Both the position numbers and the translations under genes were made by a program. A DNA stretch of 64,000 nt from the human T2T-CHM13v2.0 reference genome, Homo sapiens. The notes under the pieces are model-generated. The model saw only the letters and a list, made by a program, of their open reading frames with translations. It was not told where the DNA came from and searched no databases. Shown here piece after piece: positions 60,886-64,000 of this stretch (its first letter is position 1; every line of letters begins with the position of its first letter). The stretch lies in the NCBI RefSeq assembly GCF_009914755.1, contig NC_060945.1; one strand, given 5' to 3'.

Positions 60886-61223
60886 CCAGGGCTTTAGACA
60901 GGAAGGGGTGGGTGCTGTGGGAAGATGATCACGTCCTAGAGAAAACGAGAAGAGGAATAACAATGACATGGAAAAGAGGTGACGTGTTCTGGAAAAAGAG
61001 GAAGTTTTGATGTACCTACTTTCTTGTTTTGATTTTCTTAGAATTCAAAGTAAGTATGCAGAAAAAGATTCATGTGAATTGGATATTGCAGACATAATCA
61101 AGGAAAGCCAGCTACAAGTCTTGCTGCACTTAAGTGTAAGGTTTAATCAAAATGGATGGTAGATTTCACAAAACAGAACCAACCATTTATCATAGTTACT
61201 AAAACGAATATCACATAATGTGT

Positions 61224-61225
<2 letters not shown>

Positions 61226-61257
<32 letters not shown>
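61226..61257. repeat. (TG)n microsatellite
   Basis: Read directly. Confidence 0.95.
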
Positions 61258-61262
<5 letters not shown>

Positions 61263-61308
61263 TTAGTGCACTCAATAGCATTGAGCCTCATTAAAAAAAG
61301 AACATGTT

Positions 61309-61640
61309 GGCCGGGTGGCGTGGCTCACGCCTGTAATCTCAGCACTTTGGGAGGCCGAGGTGGGCAGATCATTTGAGGCCAGGAATTTGAGACCAGCCTA
61401 GCCAACATGGAGAAACCCTGTCTCTACTAAAAAATACAAAAATTAGCCGGGCATGCTGGCATGAACCTGTAATCTCAGCTACTCGGGAGGCTGAGGCACG
61501 AGAATCACTTGAACCTCGGAGGAGGAGGTTGCAGGGAGCCGGGATTGCACCACTGCACTCCAGCCTGAGTGACAGAGCAGCCTATATTAAAAAAAAAAAA
61601 GAAAGAAAGAGAAAGAAAGAAAGAAAAAGAAAGAAAAGAA
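61309..61640 (+). mobile_element. Alu, AluS, with (GAAA)n tail
   Basis: Perfect TSD aaaagaacatgtt at 61296-61308 and 61639-61651. Confidence 0.97.
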
Positions 61641-62599
61641 AAGAACATGTTTTAGGAAATATCTTACTGATTTTTTTCTACTTCAGATCTCACATGTTGA
61701 CAATGTTGCTTCCAATTCTGGTGTCTTAATAAAACAACCCTTAGAGTTCTTTACGTCAGAAATGTATGATGATCATAGAAGAATTAGATAATTATTACTG
61801 GATATACCACAAGAGGAAACATGTATTATTCTCCATACAGATTTACATACACTGATCTATAAAGGGTATGGGGCAGGTTCCGAAGTGAGTCATCACTTTG
61901 TCCCAGGAAGGAATGGGAGAGACGCCTTATCAGGGTGGCTCATGGGACACTCGGTGAAGGCTTTTCTGGGGCCTCTGCTGCTTTTCCCATTTTGTCCTTG
62001 AACTGGACAATTGGCCTGCACCCACAGACCTGCTTCCTGTCAGGAATTTGTTACCAGGCCTTGCCTTTGCTTCCTCCCAAGCTCAAAGACTCTTCAGTTA
62101 TTTTAACCCCGGAAAGACTGGAGCAAACTCTGCCTGTCCTCTCTGAGGAGCTGGTGTTGTTTCACCAGCTATGACAATGCAGGGGTATTTTTGTATTCCC
62201 ATTTGTGGGAGATAGTCTTTTTTATTTTACTTGTGATAAAACTGTCAGCAAATTCTGCCTTCATTTCTCTGGTTCGGTGCACTCCCTTGGGAATTAACCT
62301 GATGGCAAGTTGTAGCCATGCCATCAAATAACTGACACAAAATACATTTCTTAAATGGGCATGTTAATACCTCAGAACTTGAGTAAACGTCCAATGTGGC
62401 CATTTTTTAAAGTTGTCCTCTTTTATTTTAGGAATGAGGAACTCATTCACACTAGCATTGTTAGAGGGATGGGTAGTGGTGAGCTACATCCAGAGTGATA
62501 AGGAGGTCCCAGGAAGGTCCCAGGACACTCCCAGAAGGAGCACAGGGAGGTTTGTCCCAGTTCCCCTTCAGATGACACAGATTCATGCTGCCACGATGG

Positions 62600-63490
62600 A
62601 ATGACCACACTTGTCCTCCTCTGCTTTAGCCTCATTTCCTCTCTCCCTCTGTCCATGCACGTCTGTAGGTGAGCACTTCCATTCCGACGGATGCACATGC
62701 CATCTTAATGGTGATGCTTCTCTGCCAAGCTCCTGGCTAATGCATGCAATTCCTCCTCCACTTGGAACACAGATGTCTCAAAGTCAAAATGTCCAAAGCA
62801 GCCTTATTGCTTCTTCCCCAACCCCCATCTCTATCCCTTCTTGATTTTCCACATTTTAGAAAATTGGGCAATGGGCGCCCTCGCCAATCCAGCCAGACCA
62901 TCACCACCTGCTGGATTCACCAACAGGTGCTGTTGATGCCATGTGAAGACTCCAGTTCAAATCTGTCACTTCCCCTGCCCTGCCTGGGACCCTGTCCCTG
63001 CCCCCTCCTCTCTCTGAACCCTTAGAGTCTGCTATCCATGCTCCACCCTGCAGACAGAGTGGCTGCTTCTCCAGCTGTAAGTGAGCTCGTTTCACTTTCC
63101 TGCTCAAAGCCCTCCCCGTGGTTTCTCAAGGCACTTGGAGTAAACCCTAAACTTCTTACTACAGCTTCCAAGGCCCTGAATGACCCTATCCCGGCCAACT
63201 TCTCTGGCTCCGTGCCAGGCCGCATCTAGCTCATTAATTTGGAGCCACGTTTCTCATCTCAGAGCTCATTCCCACCTCAGGGTCTTTGCCCTGCAGTGCC
63301 CTTGGACTGGGCTGCTCTCCCTGTGATCTTCCCAAGGCAAACTCCTTTGAATCCCTTAGGTCTCAGCAGAAACGGCGCCCCCACAAAGAACCGCATAGAC
63401 CAGTCTACCTAAAGCAGGCCATTGCTCCACAGTGTCCCCAATTCAGCCTTACTATCGTATCCTTCAGAAAACACAATGTATGAGTATTTT
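62600..63490 (+). mobile_element. L2 fragment
   Basis: ctcaaagtcaaaatgtccaaa...cctgctcaaagccctccccgtggtttctc...cccacctcagggtctttgc. Confidence 0.8.
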
Positions 63491-63494
63491 TGTC

Positions 63495-64000
63495 TATTTT
63501 ATTTTTATTGCAGTATAACATAATACAATAAGGTGACTTAATTTTAATGTGGAGCTTGATGAATTGTGACATATCTAAACCCGTGTAACCACCACCCAGA
63601 TCAAGAAGTGGAACATGACTACAAACCCAGAAGATTGCCCTACATCCTTTCCAAGTTGGTCCTCAGAGTGCCTTCTTCCCTATTTCCAGAGATAAGCACT
63701 ATTCTGACTTCTCTCACCATTGATTAGTTGTGCTTGTTCTTGAACTTTATAGAAATGTAATCACATAGCAAATACTCTGTTGTGTGTGTCTTCTTTTACT
63801 GAGCAGAATGCTTTGAGATTCATCATGTAGTTATGTGTAATTTGTCCTTTTTTATGACTGTATAACATTCAGCTCTATGATTATAACTTATTTATTCATC
63901 CTTTTGCTGATACTTAAACTGTTTTCAATTTTTAGCTATTATAAATGAAACTGCTAAAGACATCCTGCACGAGCCATTTGGTGGACGTAAGAATGCACCT
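63495..64000 (-). mobile_element. Ancient L1 (L1MC/ME-type) 3' end, running off the window
   Basis: ccgtgtaaccaccacccagatcaaga...cactattctgacttct...ttgaactttatagaaatgtaatcac. Confidence 0.85.

Overview
This is primate (most likely human or ape) non-coding genomic DNA, intronic or intergenic. It carries 13 Alus (J, S and Y types), a 5'-truncated 2.5-kb L1PA, and many older repeats (MIR, L2, L3/CR1, L1M, MaLR and ERVL LTRs, hAT/TcMar DNA transposon relics), often nested. I see no CpG island, RNA gene or convincing host protein-coding exon, and I cannot name the locus. The only ORF with real homology is a 335-aa L1 ORF2 reverse-transcriptase fragment (48547-49554) whose ATG comes from the flanking MIR. 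Repeat-poor blocks rich in homeodomain and E-box motifs (about 11.5-13.8, 18.4-19.0, 22.3-22.7 and 32.6-35.8 kb) look like conserved enhancers. The most unusual signals read directly from the sequence are two short locally templated insertions (23915-23961 copied from 22376-22422; 25711-25750 copied from 25044-25083), many small tandem duplications, and a candidate 21-nt microexon. I find no evidence of a new multi-gene system. Repeat family calls come from my recollection of consensus sequences, and boundaries of old repeats are approximate.
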